Shown here: piece by piece, positions 45,928-55,776 of the stretch | Layout: each line of letters opens with the position of its first letter | Position numbering within the stretch: the first letter of the stretch is position 1 | Origin: Candidatus Binatia bacterium | GTDB taxonomy: Bacteria > Desulfobacterota > Binatia > Bin18 | Reading direction: 5' to 3' | Assembly: GCA_951812575.1 (NCBI GenBank) | Contig: OX638322.1 | Location: forward strand, 710,850 to 774,849 | Length of the DNA stretch: 64,000 nt | Translations under genes and position numbers: made by a program | Notes under the pieces: generated by a model | Databases searched by the model: none | What the model saw: the letters and a program-made list of their open reading frames with translations, nothing else | Told to the model about the DNA's origin: nothing

Positions 45928-48771
45928 ATGTCTGAAAAAATCACCCTGACCCAACTCGAATCCTTCCTGTTCAAAGCCGCTGACATCCTGCGCGGGAAGA
46001 TGGACGCCTCCGAGTTCAAGGAATTCATCTTCGGCCTGCTGTTCCTGAAACGCCTGTCCGACGAGTTCGACCGTAAACGCGTACAACTCCGTGAGCGTGA
46101 CTTTGCTCACCTCAAGGACCAGCCTGCCCTGCTGGCGGAACTGGTTGAGGACAAGACCTCCTACGGCGAGACGTTCTTCGTTCCCGGTCGTGCGCGCTGG
46201 CATGAGACCTGGAAGGATGAGAACGGCGACACGGTTCCGGCGCTCAAGGACCTCAAGGCCGATATCGGCAACATGCTGAACAAGGCCATTGCTGCGGTTG
46301 AAGACGAGAACGACTCTCTGGCCGGGGTGCTGAAGAACAATATCGATTTCAACGCGGTCAAGGGCAAGACCAAGATACCGGACCAGAAATGGAAGGACTT
46401 GCTCGATCATTTTAACCAGCCGGGTTTCGTCTTGGTCAACGACAATTTCGAGTTTCCCGACCTGCTCGGCGCGGCCTATGAATACCTGATTAAGTATTTT
46501 GCGGACAGCGCCGGCAAGAAAGGCGGTGAGTTCTATACCCCGGCGGAGGTCGTGCGCCTGCTGGTACAACTGACCAAGCCCACAGAAGGGAATGAGATAT
46601 ACGACCCGGCCGCGGGTTCCGGTGGCTTTCTCATCCAGGCCCATCAGTACGTTGAGGAGCAGGGCGAGAACGCCAACAATCTGGCTCTCTACGGGCAGGA
46701 TTCCAACGGCACCACGTGGTCAATCTGCAATATGAATATGATCCTCCACAACATCACGAGTTTCACCATTGAGAACGGTGACACCTTGGAGGACCCGCAG
46801 ATTTTGGAAAACGGCCAGATACGCAAATTCGACCGGGTGCTGGCCAACCCGCCGTTCTCGCAGAACTACAGCCGCGCCAGTATGCAATTCACCCACCGCT
46901 TCCGCGAGTGGTGCCCGGAAACCGGCAAAAAGGCCGACCTGATGTTCGTCCAGCACATGCTGGCCAGCCTCAAGAGCAACGGTCACATGGCCACCATCAT
47001 GCCCCACGGCGTGCTTTTTCGCGGAGGCAAGGAAAAGCTGATTCGGGAACTGTTGATAAACGACGACGTGATTGAGGCTATCATCAGTTTGCCCCAAGGT
47101 CTTTTCTACGGGACCGGCATCCCCGCCTGCGTGCTGGTCTGCAACAAGAACAAACCCGACAATTTGCGCGCCAAGGTGTTGTTCATCAATGCCGACCGGG
47201 AGTATGCGGAGGGGAAGAATCAAAACAAGCTACGCCCGGAGGACATCGAGAAAATTGACTTCGTGTTCACCCACAAACGCGAGATTCCCAAATACAGCCG
47301 ACTGGTGAACATGTCGGAGATTGTGGAAAAGCACGACTACAACCTGAACATCCGGCGCTATGTGGACAACACGCCCGAGCCGGAACCGGAAGACGTACAA
47401 GCCCATCTCATCGGCGGCATCCCCGAAACAGAGGTGACGGCGCAAAGTGACACCTTCGCCAAATTCGGCCTTCAATGCGAAACCCTCTTTCAGCCCGACC
47501 GACCGGGCTACCTGTCTTTCCAGGAGGCGATTGCCAGCAAGGCCGATATCAAAGGCTGCATTGAAGCAGACCAGTCGGTCGGGCGTACCTTGGAGACCCA
47601 TCGCGCTGCCCTGGAAGAGTGGTGGAGCGTGGCTCGTGATGATTTTGCTGCGCTTGAACGGGCCAACCACGGCGGGCGAAAAATGCCGGAAGTCCGGCAT
47701 GAGTTGTTGACCACTCTCAAAGACAAGCTCGTTCCCCTGGGCGTGCTGGACGAGTTCAAGAGCGCCGGCGTGTTTGTCAACTGGTGGCAGCAGAACCGCT
47801 ACGACCTGAAAACCATTGTCTCAACCGGCTGGCATCACACCCTCATCCCGGACGACTATCTGATTGCCGCGTTTTTCCAGGGCGAGGCAAACGCCATTGA
47901 GGAATTGGAAGCCCGTATCGGTGAACTGCAAACCGAGTTGGCCGAGGCCGTGGAAACCGCGCAAGAGGTGGCTGCCCACGAACCCGACGGAGAGGAAAAG
48001 GTCACGGCCACCGTCATCAAGAAGGCCCTCAAAGCCCTCATTGACGACCTGAAGGACAGCGCGGGCGCATCCGCTCAGCGGGAGCGTGACGACCTCAAGG
48101 CCCAGGAGGGCGCTATCAAGGATATCGAGGATCAAATCAAGGTCAGCAAAGCTGCGTTGAGAGAGAAGGTCGGTGAACTGGAACTCAAAGTCCAACTCAA
48201 ACGGCTTGGCGGCGCAGGATTCACAGCCGAAAATAAGGAACTCATCCAGCAGGTCGAATCCCAGCTTGCGAATCTGGACCCACACGACAAGACCGACAAA
48301 AAGAAGATCAACGCCCTGAACAAGGACAGGGCCGCCCTTCAAGCGCGGATTGCCAAGACTGACGCAATACTGGCAGCAATCAACGGCCAACTCACCGATG
48401 ACGAAGCCAAGCGCCTCATCCTCAAAAAGCTCTACGACATCGCCAGTGCTGAACTTGAACGCTACCTTAATGCGGAAATGCGCGACTTGATTTCGGGTGT
48501 TGAGAACCTGTGGGAAACGATCCAGCCATTTGCAGAGTTCCCCCCAGGCAAGCACCTTGGCGAACTCAAGGGCAAGATGGCTATTCACGGAGATATTGTC
48601 CACATGGACTCGACTGGCGATTGGGACATAAAGCCGACGCTCGGCGAGCGATTGAAGGACCTCGAACGTAGCGGTTCCCTGGTTCGTTCGGCCCTCCCGA
48701 GGAAGCCGTTCGGGCCGGTTGGACGACGGCTCGGCGCACTATCGAGGTTTCTCGCAGAGCGCGGCGAATGA
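45928..48771 (+). CDS. hsdM: Type I restriction-modification methyltransferase subunit HsdM with ~430-aa C-terminal extension
   Basis: N-terminal [32 protein letters not shown], motif [11 protein letters not shown], motif IV ANPPFS, then [12 protein letters not shown] at about aa 480. A long helical/coiled-coil region follows to aa 947. Confidence 0.85.
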   Translation: MSEKITLTQLESFLFKAADILRGKMDASEFKEFIFGLLFLKRLSDEFDRKRVQLRERDFAHLKDQPALLAELVEDKTSYGETFFVPGRARWHETWKDENGDTVPALKDLKADIGNMLNKAIAAVEDENDSLAGVLKNNIDFNAVKGKTKIPDQKWKDLLDHFNQPGFVLVNDNFEFPDLLGAAYEYLIKYFADSAGKKGGEFYTPAEVVRLLVQLTKPTEGNEIYDPAAGSGGFLIQAHQYVEEQGENANNLALYGQDSNGTTWSICNMNMILHNITSFTIENGDTLEDPQILENGQIRKFDRVLANPPFSQNYSRASMQFTHRFREWCPETGKKADLMFVQHMLASLKSNGHMATIMPHGVLFRGGKEKLIRELLINDDVIEAIISLPQGLFYGTGIPACVLVCNKNKPDNLRAKVLFINADREYAEGKNQNKLRPEDIEKIDFVFTHKREIPKYSRLVNMSEIVEKHDYNLNIRRYVDNTPEPEPEDVQAHLIGGIPETEVTAQSDTFAKFGLQCETLFQPDRPGYLSFQEAIASKADIKGCIEADQSVGRTLETHRAALEEWWSVARDDFAALERANHGGRKMPEVRHELLTTLKDKLVPLGVLDEFKSAGVFVNWWQQNRYDLKTIVSTGWHHTLIPDDYLIAAFFQGEANAIEELEARIGELQTELAEAVETAQEVAAHEPDGEEKVTATVIKKALKALIDDLKDSAGASAQRERDDLKAQEGAIKDIEDQIKVSKAALREKVGELELKVQLKRLGGAGFTAENKELIQQVESQLANLDPHDKTDKKKINALNKDRAALQARIAKTDAILAAINGQLTDDEAKRLILKKLYDIASAELERYLNAEMRDLISGVENLWETIQPFAEFPPGKHLGELKGKMAIHGDIVHMDSTGDWDIKPTLGERLKDLERSGSLVRSALPRKPFGPVGRRLGALSRFLAERGE

Positions 48772-48888
48772 GCATTGCGTACGTTGATACCTCGGTGTTG
48801 ACCGACACGAAGCAAAAGCCCGGCGACACATTCCGTTACTCACCTTGTACGTTTGACGTATTACACCAAACATTCTATCGTCACCCCG

Positions 48889-49176
48889 GTGATTCAATCG
48901 TTCGGAGACAGTAAGAGTCGCCGGCTGTTCGAGGGCGGACGGCTGAGAGGCTTTCGCGGCCTTGATTACGAGCGGGCGCTGATGTTGCTTGATGCGCTTG
49001 ACGCCGCGTCTTCGCTCGCTCCGCTTCGGGCGCTTCAAGCCGTTCGGCTCCACGCACTGACCGGTGACCGACGGAGACGATGGGCAATGACGGTGAACCG
49101 GCGCTGGCGGGTGACATTTCGATTCGCGGACGGCAATGCGCACGAGGTTACTATTGAGGACTATCACAAAGGATGA
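48889..49176 (+). CDS. higB: HigB-like (RelE/ParE superfamily) toxin
   Basis: From GTG 48889: VIQSFGDSKSRRLFEG…LHALTGDRRRRWAMTVNRRWRVTFRFADGNAHEVTIEDYHKG, the plasmid-maintenance-killer pattern. Confidence 0.75.
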   Translation: MIQSFGDSKSRRLFEGGRLRGFRGLDYERALMLLDALDAASSLAPLRALQAVRLHALTGDRRRRWAMTVNRRWRVTFRFADGNAHEVTIEDYHKG

Positions 49177-49192
49177 AATCGGGAGGTAGGCT

Positions 49193-49480
49193 ATGACGCG
49201 AGTGAAGACTCATCCCGGTCGGGTACTGCGGGCGGAACTGGAAGCGAGAGGCATGAGCGCAAACCGGCTTGCGCTCGCCATCCGGGTACCCGCAAACCGG
49301 ATTACCGCCATCCTGCGGGGCGAACGGGCGGTCACGGCCGAGACTGCCGTCCGCCTCGGGCGCTACCTGGGAACCGGCCCGGCATTCTGGATGAACCTGC
49401 AAAGCGGATACGACATCTCGGTCGTGGAGAGCGTCAAGGGGCGCATGATCGAAGGCGAGGTGCCGACCGCGGTTTCGTGA
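49193..49480 (+). CDS. higA: HigA-family HTH (XRE) antitoxin
   Basis: HPGRVLRAELEARGMSANRLALAIRVPANRITAILRGERAVTAETAVRLGRYLGTGPAFWMNLQSGYDI. Confidence 0.85.
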   Translation: MTRVKTHPGRVLRAELEARGMSANRLALAIRVPANRITAILRGERAVTAETAVRLGRYLGTGPAFWMNLQSGYDISVVESVKGRMIEGEVPTAVS

Positions 49481-49526
49481 CGCTGGTACTACGGGAACGA
49501 TGACTATGCGGGCACGACCGCTTCGC

Positions 49527-52500
49527 ATGGACGAACGCAATCACGTCGAGAAACCCCTGCTTGAGCAGTTGTACGGCCTGGGCTGGGAGATTATCGACCT
49601 GACCGACGAGAAGCAGCAGCCCGGCTATACGTTTCGGGAGAGTTTTACCGAAGTCGTCATGCTACCGGTGTTGCGAGAGCGGCTTAAAGCTATCAATCCG
49701 TGGCTGGACGACGATCAGGTCGAAGAAGTCGTCAAGCAACTCACCGCGAGCTTCCCCGGCAGAGGGCTAATCGAGAACAACAAGCACGCGCTACGTCTGC
49801 TTCTGGAGAACACCAGCGTCAGCGAGAACCGACAGACAGGCGAGAACAGTCCGACGGTGCGCTTTATTGACTTCAAGCACCGCGACAACAACCGCTTCAT
49901 TGCCGTGTGTCAATTCAAGGTCCGCATCCTGGGCACCGAGCACCACATCATCCCGGACATTGTGTTGTTCGTGAATGGCCTGCCCGTGGTCCTGATTGAA
50001 TGCAAGTCGCCCAAGGTGAAGGACGCTATCCCCGAAGCCATAGACCAGATGCTGCGCTACAGCGAACAGCGTAGCGTTACAGGCGAAGGCAGCGCACCGC
50101 TCTTTTATTTCAACCAGTTTGTGGTGGCCACCTGTCGCCAGCAGGCAAAATTCGGGACGATCACCACGCATAGTGAAAAGCATTTCTATCGCTGGGCCGA
50201 TCCCTACCCGCGCACGCTCAACAACCTTGAACATGGCGCGGGCAGCCCGAACGACCAGCAGCGCTTGGTTGCCGGGATGCTGGATAAAGCCAATCTGCTT
50301 GACCTCATCCACACCTTCACCCTGTTTTCGACCAACGACAAAGGTCAGACCATCAAGATTGTGGGGCGCTATCAGCAGTTTCGAGCGGTCAAGCTGGCCG
50401 TCAAGCGATTGCTGGAGGGCCGGAACCCGCGCGAGCGGAGCGGCATCATCTGGCATACTCAAGGCTCGGGCAAATCGTTGACCATGATGTTCATGGTGCG
50501 TGAAATGTACCGCCATGCGCAGTTGGCGCACTGGAAAGTAGTCTTCGTTACCGACCGGACACAGCTCGAAGACCAGTTGAGCGAAACCAGCCAGAGCGTC
50601 GGCTTCACGGTGAAGACGGCCAACCGCATTAGCGAACTGAAGGAACTGCTCAGGGCCGATACCTCGGACCTGGTCATGGCCATGATTCATAAGTTCCGGG
50701 AAGCGGACCTGACCGAGACCTTCCCGCAGCTTAATGTCAGCCCACACATCCTGGTCATGACCGATGAAGCCCACCGCTCCCAATACAAACTGCTCGGGGC
50801 AAATCTCGACAGGGGCATCCCGAACGCGGCGAAGATCGGTTATACCGGCACGCCGATTGACAAGACCGAGGTCGTCTTCGGTGACTACATCGACAAATAC
50901 ACCATGCGGCAGTCCATTGACGATGGCGTGACCCTGGAGATCGTCTACGAGGGCCGCACTCATAACGCAGAAATACCCGACCAGGAAGGCATGGATGCGG
51001 CCTTTGCGGATGTGTTCAGCGATTACAACCTTCAACAAAGACTGGAAATCCTTGGCTACGGCTCCCGAGACGCCTACCTGGAGGCAGAACCGACGATTGC
51101 GGCCAAGGCCAGGGATATGGTCAAGCACTACCTGACCCATGTATTCCCGAACGGCTACAAGGCCCAGGTGGTAGCCACATCGCGGGAAGCTGCGGTCCGC
51201 TACAAGAAGCACCTCAACAGGGCCTTGGGTCTAGCCGTTGCCGAGTTGAAAACATCAAACCCGAACAGTCTTGACCTGGAACAGCTCAAGCAACTGCAAA
51301 CCGATGTCGTCATATCCGACGGCCACAACGACCTGCCGCACCTCAAGGCGCATGCCGACCAGACCAGGCACGAACGCAGCATCAAGAGCTTCAAGATGGC
51401 GTTCGGGAATGAAGACGAAGGCGTGAGCGGAGACATGGGCATTCTCGTTGTCAACAATATGCTTATCACAGGTTTCGATGCGCCCGTGGAGCAGGTCATG
51501 TATCTGGATAGGGTCATCACCGACCATAACCTGTTGCAGGCTATTGCTCGGGTGAATCGCGTCGGTGGCGATACCAAGGATAAAGGCTTTGTGGTCGATT
51601 ATGTCGGCGTTGGGCATCATCTCAAGAAGGCTATCGACGCGTATGACGAGCGAGAACAAAAGGAAGTTATTGATACCCTCAGCTTTCCCGGAGAGGAGTT
51701 GCGCAACCTCAAGGACAGCCATGCCGCGATTATGGCCCTGCTTGAACAGCATGGCCTGACGGACCTGACCGACCACGACGCCTTCTTTGACGTGTTCTAT
51801 GACGAGGACCTGCGCTTTGACTACATGCAAGCGTTCAGGAAGTTTACCAAGTGCCTGAACCTCGTCTTCCCTGCGCGGCAGGCGTTGACGTTTATGAACG
51901 ATTACAACGCCCTGGCTGAAATCAACATTCTCGCCGGCAAGCACTTCCGGGACGAACGACTCAGCATGAAGGGCATCCCACCGAAGCTGCGTGCAATCAC
52001 GGACACATACCTGAAGTCAAAAAGCATAGCCCAGAAGGTCAAGCCGATTTCCATTCTTGACGAGGATTTTCAGAAGGAAGTCGGGAAGCGTCGCCGTACA
52101 AAAACAAGAGCCGCGGAAGTAGAACACGCCATCCGTCACCACCTTGAGATTGAGTTGACTGACGACCCAGACTTGCAAGCGTCCTTCGCGGAAGCGCTCG
52201 CGCGGATATTTCAAGAGTTTCGGGACAACTGGAAAAGGATTTACGAAGAGCTGGAGAAATTACGAACAAGGATCATCAATGACAGCAAGGAGCCGACCTA
52301 TGGCCTTCATAGGAAGAGGCAGATACCGTTCTTTCGTATGTTTCGACGCGAGTTGTTTGGCGTGGATATGGTAAAGGACGTCGACGAATTGCGGGTGGCG
52401 GAAACGAGTCCACGTTACGGATTGAGTGAGGACGACACAATCGGCCACTTGGTTGCGTTGACACAGGAGGTATCACTGGTGGTCGAGCGAGAGTTGAAGC

Positions 52501-52679
52501 TGACGGGATTTTGGGAAAATATTCCAGCGCGCAACAAGCTCAGGGCCGAGATTCAGAAAACACTTCTCCAGCCGTCGTTCGGAGCGCTGCCGAACTTGGT
52601 GACGAAGCGTGACCGGATAATCAGCCGGGTGATGGAGATCGCGGAAAAGAATAATGACATTATTCTCCACGCGGAATAA
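49527..52679 (+). CDS. hsdR: Type I restriction enzyme R subunit HsdR
   Basis: N-terminal nuclease region (IPDIVLFVNGLPVVLIECK), Walker A HTQGSGKSLTMM, DEAH box VMTDEAHRSQ, and motif VI QAIARVNR. Start at ATG 49527 (49500 also possible). Confidence 0.9.
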   Translation: MDERNHVEKPLLEQLYGLGWEIIDLTDEKQQPGYTFRESFTEVVMLPVLRERLKAINPWLDDDQVEEVVKQLTASFPGRGLIENNKHALRLLLENTSVSENRQTGENSPTVRFIDFKHRDNNRFIAVCQFKVRILGTEHHIIPDIVLFVNGLPVVLIECKSPKVKDAIPEAIDQMLRYSEQRSVTGEGSAPLFYFNQFVVATCRQQAKFGTITTHSEKHFYRWADPYPRTLNNLEHGAGSPNDQQRLVAGMLDKANLLDLIHTFTLFSTNDKGQTIKIVGRYQQFRAVKLAVKRLLEGRNPRERSGIIWHTQGSGKSLTMMFMVREMYRHAQLAHWKVVFVTDRTQLEDQLSETSQSVGFTVKTANRISELKELLRADTSDLVMAMIHKFREADLTETFPQLNVSPHILVMTDEAHRSQYKLLGANLDRGIPNAAKIGYTGTPIDKTEVVFGDYIDKYTMRQSIDDGVTLEIVYEGRTHNAEIPDQEGMDAAFADVFSDYNLQQRLEILGYGSRDAYLEAEPTIAAKARDMVKHYLTHVFPNGYKAQVVATSREAAVRYKKHLNRALGLAVAELKTSNPNSLDLEQLKQLQTDVVISDGHNDLPHLKAHADQTRHERSIKSFKMAFGNEDEGVSGDMGILVVNNMLITGFDAPVEQVMYLDRVITDHNLLQAIARVNRVGGDTKDKGFVVDYVGVGHHLKKAIDAYDEREQKEVIDTLSFPGEELRNLKDSHAAIMALLEQHGLTDLTDHDAFFDVFYDEDLRFDYMQAFRKFTKCLNLVFPARQALTFMNDYNALAEINILAGKHFRDERLSMKGIPPKLRAITDTYLKSKSIAQKVKPISILDEDFQKEVGKRRRTKTRAAEVEHAIRHHLEIELTDDPDLQASFAEALARIFQEFRDNWKRIYEELEKLRTRIINDSKEPTYGLHRKRQIPFFRMFRRELFGVDMVKDVDELRVAETSPRYGLSEDDTIGHLVALTQEVSLVVERELKLTGFWENIPARNKLRAEIQKTLLQPSFGALPNLVTKRDRIISRVMEIAEKNNDIILHAE

Positions 52680-52681
52680 GT

Positions 52682-53365
52682 ATGGACCCGGCCTACACCA
52701 TCAAACGCTCGTCAAAACGGAAAAAGTTGACGATAACCGTTGAGCGGGACCGGAGCGTCGTCGTTCGTGCCCCCGAGTCCACGCCTGAAGAAGCGATCCG
52801 GGAAGTGGTCGAGTCAAAACGTCGTTGGATTTATGAGAAGACGACGCATGGCCAGAAGTATCAGGAGCGCCCCCATCCGCCTGGCAAGGAGTTGGTGAAC
52901 GGTGAATCCGCGCTCTACCTTGGCCGTGAGTATCAAATTGAGATTATCCCGACCGACTCGACGGAGATACGTTTTGAGCGGCGTTTCCTGATCCCGGCTT
53001 CCCTGGCGGGCGAACGGAGCAATGCCCTTCGCAACTGGTACGTCAACCGCGCGAAAGAGAGGATTCTTCCAAAGGTCAAATCTATTGCGGCTATGCTCGG
53101 GGTGGAGTTTGCCAACGCGAAGATCGTGGACAATCGCTACCGCTGGGGCTCATGCACTGTCAAGAACAACGTGAATCTGAACTGGCGGCTGATTAAAGCG
53201 CCCATGTTTGTAATTGATTACGTCATCGTGCACGAACTCGCCCATCTGCTCGAAGCAAATCATACTCCCCGATTCTGTAATATCGTTCGGACACACGCGC
53301 CAAGGATGGAAAAGGCGCGGAGCTGGCTGAGGGAGAACGGCCAAATCCTTGAACAGGATATCTGA
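52682..53365 (+). CDS. DUF45/YgjP-like (M48-type) metal-dependent hydrolase
   Basis: HELAHLLEANHTPRF zinc motif. The ATG lies 2 nt after the hsdR stop, a common type I R-M companion. Confidence 0.8.
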   Translation: MDPAYTIKRSSKRKKLTITVERDRSVVVRAPESTPEEAIREVVESKRRWIYEKTTHGQKYQERPHPPGKELVNGESALYLGREYQIEIIPTDSTEIRFERRFLIPASLAGERSNALRNWYVNRAKERILPKVKSIAAMLGVEFANAKIVDNRYRWGSCTVKNNVNLNWRLIKAPMFVIDYVIVHELAHLLEANHTPRFCNIVRTHAPRMEKARSWLRENGQILEQDI

Positions 53366-53386
53366 GGATGGGGATTACAGTCACCC

Positions 53387-54832
53387 TTAGCCGCCACTCT
53401 TCCCCTCGTCCAGGATCCGCTCCACCATCGCTTTATACCCTTTCACTGCGGGTGAGTGATAAAAACGAGATCGGGTAAACGTGGGATCACCCGCGTAGAA
53501 CCATTCGTACTGCAACTGCCGGCTGCCGAACTGCTCGCCCAACATATCCCAGGCCAACTTGAAGAGTTGCACCCGATTACGCGCCGACAGGCTTTTGCCC
53601 TGGAGATAGCGTTCGAGATAGGGCGCGATCTCCGGGTTCTGCAAATCCCCTTCCGTGGGCGTCATGATCAGTCCGCTGCCGCTGACCTGTCGGATGACCT
53701 CGGCCGCCCGCATCTGCGCCTGAGGAATAAACACCCACAGCGAGGCCGCGAGCGAACGGAGCGACCCCCCTTCTTTGTGATTGGTGACAACATTGTGTGC
53801 CGCCGCTTTCAGCAGGCCGTTGGCGATTTCAACATTGGCCACCAGCTCACCGAGCTGGGCTTGGACGTGCTGCGCCTTGGTCCGGCCGATGGCCTCGGCC
53901 ACAGTACAGGCCAGCCCGGCCATGAAACGGAGCTTGACGGTGCCGCGAATGACCGCCTGGAGCAGGGCATAACCGGGCGCCCGGCCAAGGATGTAGTTGG
54001 AGGCCTCGATATCACCGTTAATGAACACCCGCTCCCAAGGCACCTCGACCGTATCAAAAATAGCGAGGGCATCTTCTTCATCGAAGCGATATGACAGTGG
54101 ACGATCAAACCGACTCCTACCCGTGTTATAAGCTTCACGACAGATAAACTTGAGGCCTGGGGTATCCATAGGAACGGCAAAGCAGAGGGTATAGGCTTCT
54201 TCTCCCGGTTTGCGCGGATAGAACGGCCCCACCCAGAGTTCGTTGGAAAAAGGGGCGAGCGTGGAAAGCATCCGGGCGCCGCTGACCACGATACCATTGT
54301 CCGTCTCGCGCACCACATGCAAAGCCGCCTCGGGATCACGTTGTTCCGCCGGCCCTTTCGAGCGGTCAATCTGGGGATCAACCAGGGTATGGGTCAGGCA
54401 CCAGTCCGCGTCCCGGCAGGCTTCGTAATAACGCAGGGTATTCTCACCAAAACGGGGCTCGCGTTGACCGATAAACGGCGCGGCAATCGCGGCGTCCGTT
54501 ACCAAAGCGTTCATGAAGTCCGGCATGCGGCCCATCAAGCCACAGGTCATCTCCGCCCGAAATTCCTCGGCCCGGACGCGACGCTCGACATCTTCGACAC
54601 TGTCCGCCATCAGAAAGGAGAGCCCGACCGGTTGGCTGTCCTTGGGCGACGGGTAGGTCAGCGGGGGTTGCTGCGTAGGCTGGTGTTGAAGGTCGTACAG
54701 AGAGGCAATGGTATCCACCACTCCTTGGAATGGTGGGTAGGTCGTGACATCCTTGACCCGTTCACCATTCACATAAATGCTTCGCCCGTCTCGCAAACTT
54801 TCTCGATATTGTGCGCCGGTCCGAATGCCCAT
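53387..54832 (-). CDS. 4-hydroxyphenylacetate 3-monooxygenase (HpaB)-family flavin oxygenase component
   Basis: MGIRTGAQYRESLRDGRSIYVNGERVKDVTTYPPF… is the canonical HpaB-family N-terminus. 481 aa. Confidence 0.8.
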   Translation of the reverse strand: MGIRTGAQYRESLRDGRSIYVNGERVKDVTTYPPFQGVVDTIASLYDLQHQPTQQPPLTYPSPKDSQPVGLSFLMADSVEDVERRVRAEEFRAEMTCGLMGRMPDFMNALVTDAAIAAPFIGQREPRFGENTLRYYEACRDADWCLTHTLVDPQIDRSKGPAEQRDPEAALHVVRETDNGIVVSGARMLSTLAPFSNELWVGPFYPRKPGEEAYTLCFAVPMDTPGLKFICREAYNTGRSRFDRPLSYRFDEEDALAIFDTVEVPWERVFINGDIEASNYILGRAPGYALLQAVIRGTVKLRFMAGLACTVAEAIGRTKAQHVQAQLGELVANVEIANGLLKAAAHNVVTNHKEGGSLRSLAASLWVFIPQAQMRAAEVIRQVSGSGLIMTPTEGDLQNPEIAPYLERYLQGKSLSARNRVQLFKLAWDMLGEQFGSRQLQYEWFYAGDPTFTRSRFYHSPAVKGYKAMVERILDEGKSGG

Positions 54833-54931
54833 GAGTACTCCAGGTTATGGTGAGGGAGGGTCGAAAGAAAACTCGTTCTGAGCGACCCTCACCCTGGCCC
54901 TCTCCCTGCTAGGGAGAGGAGAATAAAGAGA

Positions 54932-55426
54932 TCACTGCCGGAGCGAGGCGATGATATCCGCCAGGCCACGCTCGTTCTGAGCGAATTCCAGCTTGTCCGT
55001 CCCCAGATAGGAGTTAGGCATCCCTGCATATTCTTCTATGGGGTTGTCACAGTAGACTTCGAGTTCGAGGCCGTCCGGGTCACGGAAGTAGATGCTCTTG
55101 GTCACCCCGTGGTTCACGGTGAAGTTCACCGGCACCTCTCTCGCCTTGAGTTCTTCGTAGGCGGCCTTGAGTTCCTCTTCGCTCCGCAACCGAAAGGCAA
55201 TATGGGCGAGTCCGACTTGGTCGGGCCGGGGCAACTCGGCATCCGGACCGATCTGAAACAGCGCGATCTCATGGTGGTCGCGGGTATGATTGGACAAAAA
55301 GACTGCGCCAATTTCAGGCGTGTCTTTCATGACCTGCATCCCCAGCACTTCGGTGTAGAACTTTTTTGAACGTGCCAGGTCGCTCACCTTAATCACAACA
55401 TGGGCAATCCGTTCGGGGCGAATCAT
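54932..55426 (-). CDS. VOC-family protein (extradiol dioxygenase/glyoxalase-like)
   Basis: IAHVVIKVSDLARSKKFYTEVLGM…HHEIALFQ…AHIAFRL…SIYFRDPDGLELEVY. Confidence 0.75.
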   Translation of the reverse strand: MIRPERIAHVVIKVSDLARSKKFYTEVLGMQVMKDTPEIGAVFLSNHTRDHHEIALFQIGPDAELPRPDQVGLAHIAFRLRSEEELKAAYEELKAREVPVNFTVNHGVTKSIYFRDPDGLELEVYCDNPIEEYAGMPNSYLGTDKLEFAQNERGLADIIASLRQ

Positions 55427-55437
55427 ACCGACCTCCT

Positions 55438-55770
55438 TTAGTGATGTTGTGGAACAAATCGAAATGGGTCAAATGTATCATCTTCTCGCGGCTGACCAAA
55501 CAGCTCGACCGCTGGCGCAATCTCGGCGAGCGAGAGGGTCATATCCATGAGCTGCTGCGCATGAGGCGGCATACGCTCCAGAGGAAATTTGTTTAAGTAC
55601 ACCAGAACGTCCTCCAAGTGCGACAGCATGGCGACGTAAAAGGCTTGAATGTCCGCCATCCCGCTCGTCTGACGTTTGTGCGTCCGCTCGGCCTCTGTGG
55701 CAAGCGCCCAGCCGAGAAAAGGCTGAAGTGCGCTGAACGCCGCGGGCCAGTCGCTCTCCGCCATGGTCAT
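55438..55770 (-). CDS. Small conserved partner protein of Rieske oxygenase (110 aa, unknown function)
   Basis: The ATG lies 6 nt after the Rieske stop. About 45-50% identical by eye to 58262..58588 (shared …AFY.AML…VL.YL..F.LE..P……L.LSLAE.APAVE.FGQP…). Confidence 0.6.
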   Translation of the reverse strand: MTMAESDWPAAFSALQPFLGWALATEAERTHKRQTSGMADIQAFYVAMLSHLEDVLVYLNKFPLERMPPHAQQLMDMTLSLAEIAPAVELFGQPREDDTFDPFRFVPQHH

Positions 55771-55776
55771 GCTCCG

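Noticed and set aside
45199-46644. 481-aa minus-strand ORF spanning the RT/hsdM junction
   Set aside because: It is antisense to two genes with clear catalytic motifs, and it has no motif or RBS of its own. It is a typical long shadow ORF.
49791-51212. 473-aa minus-strand ORF, plus 47821..48603, 51255..51944 and 46720..47223
   Set aside because: All are antisense to hsdR/hsdM and have low-complexity Val/Gly/His-rich translations. I treat them as non-coding shadows.
54860-54925. Hairpins CCTCTCCCT-agc-AGGGAGAGG and GGTGAGGGTCG…CGACCCTCCCTCACC between the VOC and HpaB genes as a novel element
   Set aside because: They are most simply an intergenic REP-like or terminator structure after the VOC gene. 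I saw no second copy in the window to support mobility.
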